Shown one piece after another: positions 10,303 through 20,300 of a DNA stretch of 62,494 nucleotides. Below the pieces are notes generated by a model. The model was not told the origin of the DNA. It saw only the letters and a program-made list of their open reading frames with translations, and did not search any database. The position numbers and the translations under genes were made by a program. Every line of letters starts with the position of its first letter. The first letter of the stretch is position 1. Origin of the DNA: a virus (taxonomy: Duplodnaviria; Caudoviricetes); the IMG/VR virus record IMGVR_UViG_3300032318_001284, positions 1 through 62,494 of that record; one strand, written 5' to 3'.

Positions 10303-10656
10303 ATGCCAGTACCTGACATTTCACGGCCTGCCAAGATAGAAGGTCGCATGGCGCGAGTAACGCCAACAACGACCGCCGCCACCACGCTCCTGACATGCCC
10401 GGCAGACACGATTTGCCGCATTCGGTCCATCAGTGTTTACAACACTACCGCAACATCATCCAACCTAAGAATCCAAATAAACCGCTCCAGCACGGCGTTT
10501 GCAGTCATTCCGGCCATAACGGCTGCTGCGAACGTGTCAGTCGTGTGCTTGAACGGCGATGACGCTTTCTATCTTGAGCCGAACGACATCTTGCAGGTGT
10601 CGAGTACCGTTGCGAACACTCTCGCATTCACAGTTTTCTACGAACTGGTGACGTAA
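10303..10656 (+). CDS. Small virion beta-sandwich protein (paralog of 10658)
   Basis: IRSISVYN...FYLEPNDIL...YELVT. Confidence 0.7.
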   Translation: MPVPDISRPAKIEGRMARVTPTTTAATTLLTCPADTICRIRSISVYNTTATSSNLRIQINRSSTAFAVIPAITAAANVSVVCLNGDDAFYLEPNDILQVSSTVANTLAFTVFYELVT

Positions 10657-10657
10657 C

Positions 10658-11020
10658 ATGCCGACCCCGGACCTTGTACGGCCAAAGCGAGTAGACGCGA
10701 AACTGTCGCTGACGAATTTCAATGGCGGTACTGCGCTCGTGACTATCTTCACCGTGCCGGCCAATCAGACCTATCGCATTCGCACGGCCATTTTTTCAAA
10801 CGCCACGGCAAGCATTACTGCGGCGGTAGTCAATTTGCTTATCGGCCGGGGTGGGGCGAACGTGCAAACCTCCAGAACGACCTTAGCCCAGAACGCCACT
10901 ACGTTTCTGGTGCAGGCAAATGACGCCATCTACCTAGAGGCTGGCGATTCGTTGGTCGCGTCCACAGGGCTGAACGTAACTGGCATATTTCTCAGCGTGG
11001 TGTACGAGGTCATCCAGTAA
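10658..11020 (+). CDS. Small virion beta-sandwich protein (paralog of 10303)
   Basis: IRTAIFSN...IYLEAGDSL...YEVIQ. Confidence 0.7.
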   Translation: MPTPDLVRPKRVDAKLSLTNFNGGTALVTIFTVPANQTYRIRTAIFSNATASITAAVVNLLIGRGGANVQTSRTTLAQNATTFLVQANDAIYLEAGDSLVASTGLNVTGIFLSVVYEVIQ

Positions 11021-14000
11021 TGCCGAAAAACAACTACGGCGTTTTGGGCGATTCCTACATCACTCCCGCGCAGCGGGCGTCGTTGGGAGTTCCGTTTACG
11101 GGCGCGCAGTACCGCTACGAGGTTCTTGCTGGTGGCATAACGCCGATCAATCCGCCGCCGCCACCGACAAGTGTTGCGCCGTCGTGGTCGCGCGGTACAT
11201 ACGGTGTGCCCGGCACGGCCGGACAGCCGGGGCAGTGGTTGAGCATTGGAATAGCCTTGTATGAAGGAGACACTGTCACCATCGACCTTCAAGGCCAGAC
11301 GGTGACTATGACAACTGGATACCCGTCGTATCAGCAGTTCACTGTAGGCCCGAACGGCGGCTCCGCAGCCGGCGTGGAGGGCGAACAGCGCTGGTACACG
11401 GGGCAGAACGGCCGAACCTTCAATCTGGCTGCGGTGCTGCTCCAGATCGAAGGCACCACCGCCACGGACACGATCTTCCAGACCGGCGAATACGCATCGT
11501 TCACGGTGGGGCCACCAAGCGACCCGATGATGCCCGCTGCAAACGCCAGCCTCGGCGTCAACTGCGTGGAAGGTTCTCCGGTGAATATCGTCACGTCCGC
11601 TCCCGGCGTGGAGGTGTGGTATCCCATATACACGATTGACCGTGGAACTAGGAACCTGACATGGTCTGCGCCGGCAAGCCCCGGCGGCACGATTACTGGG
11701 TATGCGGTCCAGTATTCCTCTGATGGCGGTGCCAACTGGAGCGACGGCGGTGTTTTCAATAGCACTACCGCCGACCTGTCTAGCCTCAACCTAGCCCCAA
11801 ACACCGCGTACAAGATTGGCGTGGCGACGATTACATCCAACGCCGGGGCCGGCAACTTTTCTATTATCGACACCATCACGCCGCCCGCGAAGTCGGGTGC
11901 GCCAACCAGCGTCACTGGCAGCGAGGGCGATGCACAGGTGTCGCTAACGTGGACGCAGCCGTCAAACACCGGCACTAGCGCGATCACCGACTATCGTATT
12001 CAGTATTCGTCCAACAACGGCAGCACATGGACTACGTTCAGCGATAGTGTCTCCAACGCTACATCTGCGGTGGTGACCGGGCTGACGAACGGAACGTCCT
12101 ATAAATTCCGCGTGGCTGCGATAACGGCTTCAGGGATGCTCGGCGCTTATTCTGCCGCGTCCTCTGCTTACACGCCGGCAGGAACTCCAGTGGCACCCGG
12201 AGCGCCAACGGGGGTCAGCGGCACTGCCGGCGATCAGCAAGTGTCTCTGTCGTGGAGTGCCCCCAGCACCAACGGCGGCTCCGCGATCACCGACTATGTC
12301 GTGCAGTATTCGTCTAACTCGGGTTCGTCGTGGTCTACGTTTAGCGACGGGACTTCCACCAGCACATCGGCAGTCGTGACAGGACTGACCAACGGCACTG
12401 CGTATACGTTCCGCGTGGCCGCGACAAATAGCGTGGGAACAGGCAATTATTCGTCGGCATCTAGCGCCATTACCCCGGCCGCCCCATCGGCCCCCGGCGC
12501 GCCGACGAGCGTCACTGGCAGCGCCGGCAACACACAGGTGTCCCTGTCGTGGACGGCCCCTGCCAGCAGCGGCTCGTCCGCAATCACCGACTATGTCGTG
12601 CAGTATTCAAGCGATTCGGGCTCGTCGTGGTCTACGTTCTCTGACGGCACCAGCACCAGCACTAGCGCAGTCGTGACCGGGCTAACCAACGGCACCGCCT
12701 ATACGTTTCGGGTGGCAGCGACCAACGCCATCGGGACAGGCAACTACAGCACGGCCAGTGGTGCAGTTACCCCCGCCGCTGTGCCCGGGGCACCGACTTC
12801 TGTCAGCGGAACCGCTGGCAACGCACAGGTGTCGCTCACTTGGACTGCCCCATCCAGCAACGGCGGCGCGTCCATCACCGACTACGTTGTGCAGTATTCG
12901 TCTAACTCGGGGTCTTCGTGGTCAACCTTCTCGGATGGCACTAGCGCAACCGCGTCTGCGGTAGTCACCGGGCTGACCAATGGCACTGCGTACACGTTCC
13001 GCGTGGCTGCGGTGAACAGCGTTGGCACTGGCAGTTACAGCACGGCGTCTAGCTCTGTCACGCCCACGGCTGGTAACTGGAATTTCTCCAGCGTCGCGCT
13101 GCTGATGCACATGGAGGGCTCGGGCGCAACATTCACCGACTCGTCATCGGTCGGCAGATCAATCACGGCGCTGGGCAACTCCACGCAGTCGACGGCGCAG
13201 TCGCGTTTCGGCTCAAAGTCATGGCTGTCCGATGGAAGCGGCGACTACCTGACGTTTGGCGGCGGCAGCACGCTGACGATGGGCACTGGCGATTTCACCA
13301 TCGAGATGTGGCTGCGGCTCACTTCCTACGCGCAAGCGTCTCTGTGGGAGTCCACGCCGATTGGCGGATCGGGCGGGCGAGACTCTGGATTCATCTGGTA
13401 CATCGTCAGCGATGGGACAGTGTACCTGTTCCACGACGGATCAAACATCCTGTCGACAAGCAGTGCAATCATCCCGCTGTCGCAGTGGTCGCACGTTGCC
13501 TTGTCGCGGGCGAGTGGAACCACTCGCATGTACGTTGACGGGTCACAAGTCGCGTCAACGTCGTCCTCGTACAACGACACTGCCGCCGGTGGAGCAATCG
13601 GCGCGTTCTGCGACGGCGGATCGTTCAGCGTAGACGGCTACATAGACGAGGTGCGTGTATCTCGCGGCATTGCAAGATACAGCGGTAGTACGCTCACGGT
13701 CCCGACCGCTGCCTTTCCAGATAGCGATGCTCCCGGGGCACCCACCTCGGTTACGCCAACTGCCGGGGACGCATCGGTGTCCCTGTCGTGGACTGCCCCA
13801 TCCAACATCGGCGAAGGGGGCGCGATCACTGACTATGTGGTTCAATACTCGTCAAACAGCGGCTCGTCGTGGACTACCTTCAGCGACGGCACCAGCGCTA
13901 CGGCCAGCGCTAACGTGACCGGCCTGACAAACGGAACTGCTTATGTCTTCCGCGTGGCAGCGACCAACGCAGCCGGCACCGGCTCCTACTCGACGGCTTC

Positions 14001-14694
14001 CAGCAGCGCTACTCCCAGCGGCGGCTCGTTTTCGCCCATGGCGGTCATGCTCACTAGCGGAACGAGTTACGCCGTCCCGTCTGGCGCAACCAGCATGAAA
14101 GCGTGGGCAGTGGGTGGCGGGAGTTCGTCTTACGCGAACAGCACGGCCAGCGCAGGCGGTGGCGGCGGCTGCGCCTACAAGACATGGAGCGTGAGCGGCG
14201 GATCGACGGTTACCTACTCCTGCGGCACCGGCGGCACCGTCAACGGCTCTAGCGCCGCTGGAGGCAACACTACCGTCACCTATGGCGGCGCAACAATTAC
14301 GGGCAACGGCGCGTCTGGAAGGCCCGGCGGAAACCAATACTGGGGCGTTGGAGGCTCTTACTCTGGCGGCGACGGCGGCGCGAACGGCGGCGACGGTGGC
14401 GGTTCGGTCGATAGTTCTTCGGGCGCAGGCGGTGCTGTTGGCGGCAACGGAACATCTACAGGGTGTGGCCGTTACCCCATGAGCGACGTTAGCGGGCTGA
14501 AGGCCGCTCTAACGCTGGCGGGCGTATCCACTACGGAGTCCTGCGACACAACGGCAGCGTTCGGCTCGGGTGGTGTATCCAACAAGTTTGGCAACAAGAA
14601 ATCCGCTGGCTATGGCGGCGGCGGCTTGGCCGATCCCTACGGCTCTTACGGCGTAGCCGGTGGGCCGGGCGCGGTTGTGCTTTCGTTTTCGTAA
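11020..14694 (+). CDS. Fibronectin type III repeat / LamG / Gly-rich tail or adhesin protein
   Basis: About six FN3 units (VSLSWTAP...ITDYVVQYS...VTGLTNGTAYTFRVAATN), a LamG domain (GDFTIEMW...WSHVA...GYIDEVRVSRG) and a Gly-rich C-terminus. Confidence 0.92.
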   Translation: MPKNNYGVLGDSYITPAQRASLGVPFTGAQYRYEVLAGGITPINPPPPPTSVAPSWSRGTYGVPGTAGQPGQWLSIGIALYEGDTVTIDLQGQTVTMTTGYPSYQQFTVGPNGGSAAGVEGEQRWYTGQNGRTFNLAAVLLQIEGTTATDTIFQTGEYASFTVGPPSDPMMPAANASLGVNCVEGSPVNIVTSAPGVEVWYPIYTIDRGTRNLTWSAPASPGGTITGYAVQYSSDGGANWSDGGVFNSTTADLSSLNLAPNTAYKIGVATITSNAGAGNFSIIDTITPPAKSGAPTSVTGSEGDAQVSLTWTQPSNTGTSAITDYRIQYSSNNGSTWTTFSDSVSNATSAVVTGLTNGTSYKFRVAAITASGMLGAYSAASSAYTPAGTPVAPGAPTGVSGTAGDQQVSLSWSAPSTNGGSAITDYVVQYSSNSGSSWSTFSDGTSTSTSAVVTGLTNGTAYTFRVAATNSVGTGNYSSASSAITPAAPSAPGAPTSVTGSAGNTQVSLSWTAPASSGSSAITDYVVQYSSDSGSSWSTFSDGTSTSTSAVVTGLTNGTAYTFRVAATNAIGTGNYSTASGAVTPAAVPGAPTSVSGTAGNAQVSLTWTAPSSNGGASITDYVVQYSSNSGSSWSTFSDGTSATASAVVTGLTNGTAYTFRVAAVNSVGTGSYSTASSSVTPTAGNWNFSSVALLMHMEGSGATFTDSSSVGRSITALGNSTQSTAQSRFGSKSWLSDGSGDYLTFGGGSTLTMGTGDFTIEMWLRLTSYAQASLWESTPIGGSGGRDSGFIWYIVSDGTVYLFHDGSNILSTSSAIIPLSQWSHVALSRASGTTRMYVDGSQVASTSSSYNDTAAGGAIGAFCDGGSFSVDGYIDEVRVSRGIARYSGSTLTVPTAAFPDSDAPGAPTSVTPTAGDASVSLSWTAPSNIGEGGAITDYVVQYSSNSGSSWTTFSDGTSATASANVTGLTNGTAYVFRVAATNAAGTGSYSTASSSATPSGGSFSPMAVMLTSGTSYAVPSGATSMKAWAVGGGSSSYANSTASAGGGGGCAYKTWSVSGGSTVTYSCGTGGTVNGSSAAGGNTTVTYGGATITGNGASGRPGGNQYWGVGGSYSGGDGGANGGDGGGSVDSSSGAGGAVGGNGTSTGCGRYPMSDVSGLKAALTLAGVSTTESCDTTAAFGSGGVSNKFGNKKSAGYGGGGLADPYGSYGVAGGPGAVVLSFS
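11890..13070 (+). repeat. Tandem ~290-bp FN3-coding repeats (4 adjacent, another at ~13730-14020)
   Basis: Recurring ATCACCGACTA, CAGTATTCG, GGCTGACCAACGGCAC and TTCCGCGTGGC segments. Confidence 0.85.
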
Positions 14695-14700
14695 CTACCT

Positions 14701-15201
14701 ATGCCTAACATTCTTCGCAATCCGATTACTGGCCGGGCCGTCGCGTTGATGCCGCGCTCGGGGACACACTCGTTGGCACTCGCTGCGCTGGCGTCGTGGT
14801 ATCCAGATGTTGAGATACCCGACGCAGGCCACCCGGCCATGGCTATACCATCTGATGAAGCGTGGTCCGAAGGTTCGCCAAACTGCGCTATGGTGGTGAG
14901 AAACCCGGTCGAGCGATTTCGCTCCATGATTGCCCGGCGACACCTCAACGTAGACAGTCAACTGGAGCGTCCGCTCTACGGCCCGCTGCCTTCGGCAGAT
15001 TGTTTTGAGCGCGTCTTCAAGTTTGAGCACGGCGGCTTGCAGGCTTGCGCGGACTGGCTTGGCATTACCGTATCGCTCACGCACGAAGACGCCAGCGTCG
15101 AGGCTGACAAGCCGACCCTGACTCCAGCGCAAGAGGCCCAAGTGCGCGAAATCTACGCGGCAGATATTGCGTTGTGGGAATCGCTTACCGCCAATTCGTG
15201 A
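14701..15201 (+). CDS. Sulfotransferase-fold protein
   Basis: PRSGTHSL (5'-PSB-like) and VVRNPVERFRS (3'-PB-like) motifs, FKFE and C-terminal IY..D. Confidence 0.7.
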   Translation: MPNILRNPITGRAVALMPRSGTHSLALAALASWYPDVEIPDAGHPAMAIPSDEAWSEGSPNCAMVVRNPVERFRSMIARRHLNVDSQLERPLYGPLPSADCFERVFKFEHGGLQACADWLGITVSLTHEDASVEADKPTLTPAQEAQVREIYAADIALWESLTANS

Positions 15202-15210
15202 GAATGGATC

Positions 15211-15855
15211 ATGCCTAGTTTTCCCGCCAGCCCAACGAACGGGCAGACATACACATCGGGTTCTCGTTCGTGGGTCTACGCCACTGCCACGAAAACGTGG
15301 GACTTGCTGCAAGGGCCCGTCGCCCACAAGGGAACGCATGCCACTGGCGGCTCTGACGCATTGACTGCCGCAGACATTGGTGCGGTGGGGACGGCCAGCC
15401 CGACGTTCACCGGCACAGTGACTGCGCCGGCCATACTCAACAACGTGCTGCGACAGCCGCTGTATGACGCGGGAAACTCAGGAAACAGCCTGACCCTAGA
15501 TGTGAACAACGGCAGTTACCAGTTCGTCACGTTGACAGGCGCGAACACCATCGGCGGGCAAACCGGAAGTTTCGCAAACATAATTTTTCCGAACAGTCAG
15601 GGCAACACCTACGGGCACATGGTCGTTATTTTGAATTCGCCAAACAGCACTGCGCGCGCGAACATTGCGGCCTCTACAACCGTGCTGGCTAATGCAGACT
15701 GGATCAGCAACCTGTCGGCCACTTCGGGAACGACCCTGTTTGGCAGCAACTCGCCATACACCTTGGCCGCTGCCAGTGGTGGCTCGTACTCGGTCGCTAT
15801 TGGATTTCCGTTCGGCGGCAATTGGGCAATTCTGATTTTTGGCCCGTTCCTCTAA
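15211..15855 (+). CDS. Tail fibre-like protein
   Basis: FPASPTNGQTY...W.Y...W, H..THATGGSDALTAADIGA and SPTFTGTVTAP motifs. Confidence 0.8.
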   Translation: MPSFPASPTNGQTYTSGSRSWVYATATKTWDLLQGPVAHKGTHATGGSDALTAADIGAVGTASPTFTGTVTAPAILNNVLRQPLYDAGNSGNSLTLDVNNGSYQFVTLTGANTIGGQTGSFANIIFPNSQGNTYGHMVVILNSPNSTARANIAASTTVLANADWISNLSATSGTTLFGSNSPYTLAAASGGSYSVAIGFPFGGNWAILIFGPFL

Positions 15856-15901
15856 TCCGCTAATCAACGCCTCTCTCCCATAAACTTGGCAGGAACAAGC
15901 C

Positions 15902-16969
15902 ATGAACCCAGTGCAAAGCATGCTTGAGAAAATGCGGGAAAACCGGCATAACGGCCGGGGGGTCCTGCCCACCGTGCTTCGGCTTGGGTTCCAGCCCCCG
16001 GTGACCTACCAAGAGGGCATCAAGTCCGTCGAGGAATACGTGCCGGAGGAGTCCAAGCGCGGCGGGATGTTCGCCCCCCAGTGGTCCCGGCCGGGTGCGC
16101 CCCAGCAGGCCATGCAGGTAAACGAGGTTATCGGGGACTCCGACCCGGTAGAGTCTGCTTTTTCTTCGCTGTCCGGCAACAGGACTGCGAGGCATGACCT
16201 GAAGGGCAACCGGGGCATGCGGTATCCAGACCGCATGCTTGCCACTGATGCCGACGCCCCGGACGAAGGCTTTAGCCGGCCCGACCGGATTGACGGCCAA
16301 GACCCCATTCGCGGCGGCACCGAGCTTCCAGAGCCGGTATACGAAACCCCGACGCACAAGCTGCTGGCCAACACAATGTCCCGCCTCCAGCGGTACGAAG
16401 CCCAGCTACAGGGAATACGTGACCCGCGTCAGGCGGCAGTCATCAAGACGCAATACTCGATGGCGAACAACGAGGCGGCTGGATACCAGCGTCAGATTGA
16501 CGCCGCAGCCGCCAAGGCCCAGCAGGGGCTCGCCCCCGCCGTCAACCAGCTTCAGCCTATTCTGGAAGAGGCTGTGAGAACCGGGAGCTTTGGCGCCTAC
16601 GATGCCGCCGCCATCTCCATGTTTGGCAAGACCGACAAGGACGGCATGCCGCTCGACCCGGTGGCCTACACGCAGCACGGCCGCAGGACTGCCGAGGTTC
16701 CGATTCTGATGAACGCCAGATCGGCGTTGCAGCAGCACAACGGGCTGGCCGGCGCCCCCCCAGAAACAGCGCTCGCAGTGACGAAGGGGCTGGCGTATGT
16801 CTACCCGTTCACTCCCAAAAATCCTGCCGACGTGAACGAGCGTAGGTTGTACATCAAGCAGCTTTCGTTGCGGCTCAACTCGCAACTGAACCAGAGCCGC
16901 GATCCACAGATGAAGGATTACCTAGACGCTCTGGCTGCGGCGACAGCGTACAACCAGCACCCGTGGTAA
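15902..16969 (+). CDS. Putative internal virion protein
   Basis: 355-aa ORF at the head of the second low-complexity cluster. Confidence 0.6.
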   Translation: MNPVQSMLEKMRENRHNGRGVLPTVLRLGFQPPVTYQEGIKSVEEYVPEESKRGGMFAPQWSRPGAPQQAMQVNEVIGDSDPVESAFSSLSGNRTARHDLKGNRGMRYPDRMLATDADAPDEGFSRPDRIDGQDPIRGGTELPEPVYETPTHKLLANTMSRLQRYEAQLQGIRDPRQAAVIKTQYSMANNEAAGYQRQIDAAAAKAQQGLAPAVNQLQPILEEAVRTGSFGAYDAAAISMFGKTDKDGMPLDPVAYTQHGRRTAEVPILMNARSALQQHNGLAGAPPETALAVTKGLAYVYPFTPKNPADVNERRLYIKQLSLRLNSQLNQSRDPQMKDYLDALAAATAYNQHPW

Positions 16970-16984
16970 TAAGGCAGGTGACAA

Positions 16985-17392
16985 ATGGGTTTGCTTACCG
17001 CACTCCTGAACAACGTCCGCGAGCGGCGGCAGGCTGAACTGGCGTTTGCCCTGAATCAGCGCGAGGAAGCTGAAGCCCAGTCTCGCATGAAAGAAGCAGA
17101 GGACGCCCGGCTCTGGCATTCAGTTGGCTCTGACTTCGGCCAGCAGCTAGCGGAACCGTGGTCTAAGCGTGGCGGCGGCGAGCCGTGGTCACCCCCGGAT
17201 TTTCCCAGCACATACAGCAGCCGCGCATCACGAGCCCCGGAGCCCCCAGCCATGCAGCCCCAAGCTGCCGCTCCGCAGGGTGGTGACCACAAATGGGCAA
17301 ACATCCTTGACAGAATGAAGTCCACATCCAGCCGCATGGGGTCGCTCCCGTCAACGAACAGGGCGCCTTCGCCACTCAACCGGGTGCGTTAA
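16985..17392 (+). CDS. Putative internal virion protein
   Basis: 135 aa; TAATG coupling to the next gene. Confidence 0.6.
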   Translation: MGLLTALLNNVRERRQAELAFALNQREEAEAQSRMKEAEDARLWHSVGSDFGQQLAEPWSKRGGGEPWSPPDFPSTYSSRASRAPEPPAMQPQAAAPQGGDHKWANILDRMKSTSSRMGSLPSTNRAPSPLNRVR

Positions 17393-20300
17393 TGCTGCCA
17401 ACGCTGGATGAACTTCTTGGTCAGGGCGGCGGCTTGCCTTCGTTGAACCAAGCGAGCTTGAGCCTCGACGCTCAGGCGCCGGCCCTGCCCAGCCTTCAGC
17501 CGCAGGCACGAAGCAGGCAGGGTGGATCGCCCGGCCTGTCTCCAGACGAGCAGCAGTATTGGATGCGGAAGCTGGCCCAGCAGTCTGGCCAGTTCATCGA
17601 GACGCTTGGCTTGGCCCTCGATACGCCCGGTGCCATTGCCCGTGGCTATTTGGCCGGCGACCCTGACAGCGGTTTTACGTTCGACAACGACCAGCGCACC
17701 AGCGGCATCGAGTTGTTGGACAAGATGGGCGTTGCCCCGGAAAACCCATACTTGCGCACGGCGGCAGGTCTGGGCGCCGAGATTATTACCGATCCATTGT
17801 TTTGGATATCGGGGCCCACGGGCGCGATGACCAAGGCTGGTGCCGCTGCCAAGCGTGCCGGCGTGCTGAAGAATGCCCCGGTCGCGTACATGCAGAAGTA
17901 CGGGACTGAAGCCGCCGAGAACACCATGCGTGGCGGCTATATCACCGACATGTTTGAGAAGGGGTTCGTACCCAAGACGAGCGGAAATTACCAAGCAGTT
18001 TCGCCAGTTGGGCAGCGTCTTGCTCAAAGCAAGGTCACGCTAGAGGATGTCATCGGTGCTTCGTCCGCTCCAGACGAGGCGATGAAGAATGTCCTCACAG
18101 CCTTGGGTGGGCAGGCTGAATATGACAGGCTCAAGGGCGACACGCTTGGTGGACTGTTCGGCCTGAACGTGGGCCCAGTCAACATGGCCTTCACGCCATC
18201 CGGTTCGGACAACGTGCTGGACGCCATGGACTACCTAGGTGCCCGCGCCCGGTTCTCATACCCCGGCCGACTCGGCGCCGGGCTGTTCTCCAAGGCCAAC
18301 GCCGGAGCGGTCGAGGCCGGCGACCAGATCAACGCCCTGCGTGCGAACGCACTGGAGGACATGTATCAAACTCGCGGCCAGACCGAAGCGACCAAGCACA
18401 ACTTGCTGCTGACCAAGATTCCGCTGTCAGACCCAGCCAAGAAATTGCTCAACGCTGACACGCTCTACAGCCCTGAAGGCAACGACATGCTTCTGCGGCT
18501 TGCTGAAGGGCATGGAACAGCAACGGACCGCCAGATTCTGTCCATGACTCCAGAGCTACAGCCTTGGCTGGATTCATGGGAACAGATTAGCAATCGCCAG
18601 TTTGCGGAACGCGATGCCCTCGGCCTCAACGGCAACTACTACAAGGACGAGTTTGGCACCAAGTACAACCCACGGTACGGCGACGAGTTCCAGTTTGATG
18701 AAGCGGAGCAGGGAACTGGCCGGCTCCTGTACAGTGCCAGCGAGGCAGAGGCTTACGGCAGGCGCGACTATCTCAAGACTCCGGGCGGCACGGACGCGCT
18801 GCGGAAGATCAGCACGCTGCCGGATATCATCGAATACTCCAAGCCGGGGTCGAAGATCACCGACGAGCAAGCGGCCCAGACGGTCATGGACTGGTTCAAC
18901 ACGAACCATCCGGGCGAGATGGTTGGCCAGCCCGTCGAGCGTGGCGTTGACGCGCGGACTGGTGCGGCGATTATGGGCCCGAATCCGCAGGCCCTGAAGA
19001 TCGCCCGCGTCATGGCACGGCGTGCGCAGGACTTGCCGCCGGGAACGCCGGTGTTTGCCGCTCACCCTGCCAACACGCAAGCCAGACGCATCATCAGTCA
19101 CGAGGTCAACAAATCTCGTGCGGTGTTCCTGCTGGAAGCCCTCTCGGAATCTGCCGTCGAAGGGTCCAAGACGCAGCTAGAGGGTAGGTGGCGGAACCTC
19201 GGAGAATCGTGGGACGAGATCGGCAAGCGGGCTGGCTTCAAGAGCCAAGGCGACGGCCTGCACGACGATGCCATTATGTCGATGAAGCGGGCCATCGCTG
19301 CGGCCAGCGGCGATCCTGCCGCAAGCACTGACCTATCCAAGATTGACCTATCCAAGTATTCGGTGCCAGAGCGGGTAGTCCGCCGGCTCCAGAAGGTGGC
19401 CGACTTCTATGCCGCCCCATCTGCACAGAAGGAAGTCGCCGGATTCCTTGATGGCTGGACGAAGCTATTCAAAGGTTTCGTTTTGGCAACACCGCGCCGG
19501 TTCGTCAGAGACTACTACAGCAACGCCGTGTCGGGGTTCCTTGAAACCGGCAACGCTCCGAAGCAACTGGCGGCAATGTACAACGCCAGCAAGATCGTTA
19601 ACGGAGACTACGCAGGGGCAATGGATACCCTGCGGACGATCCCTCGGTACACCGGGCTGGCAGACGAACAGATCAAAGACGCCTTCATCATGGATGTCGG
19701 CGGCAACGGGGTGCTGTCGGGCCTCTCCTCCAGCGAGCTTCTGTCGAGCGCGCGCTCGGGCGAGATGGGCCAGTTGATTCCGGGCTCGACGCCTATCTCG
19801 ATTACAAAAGGCTTGGGCGAGTTGGTGCCAGACGCCAACACCAGCCTCTCGCAACGCATCAAGAATTTCGGCTCTGTGTATGGGGTCACCGACCAGTACG
19901 ACACCCAGAACCCAATTCTTCGTGCTAGTTCTACTATCAACGACACCGTCGATTCGGTGGGCAGGCTCGGGACTTTCATCCATCTTCTTCAGCAGGGCGT
20001 TAGTCCAGCGGAAGCTGCCGATAGGGTAAAGCGGGCGCTGGTGGACTATCAGTCGCTAACCCTTACCGAACGCAAGTGGATGAGATCGGTATTTCCTTGG
20101 TGGGCTTACAATTCCCGCATTGGAAAATATGCCGCCGAGTCTTTGATGGAGCGGCCGGGTGGTGCCTATGGCCAGATGATCCGGGCCAGCAACACGATCC
20201 AGCAGCCGGACGAAGACACGTACATCACCGAGAATCTGCGGCGGCGATTTGCCGTCCGCATGCCCGACGCGCTGACTGACATGCTGGGGCTGACGCAGCC

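Noticed and set aside
11890-14020. Diversity-generating retroelement (template/variable repeat pair)
   Set aside because: The repeats are in-frame FN3 domains with mostly synonymous differences rather than adenine-specific ones, and no reverse transcriptase is present
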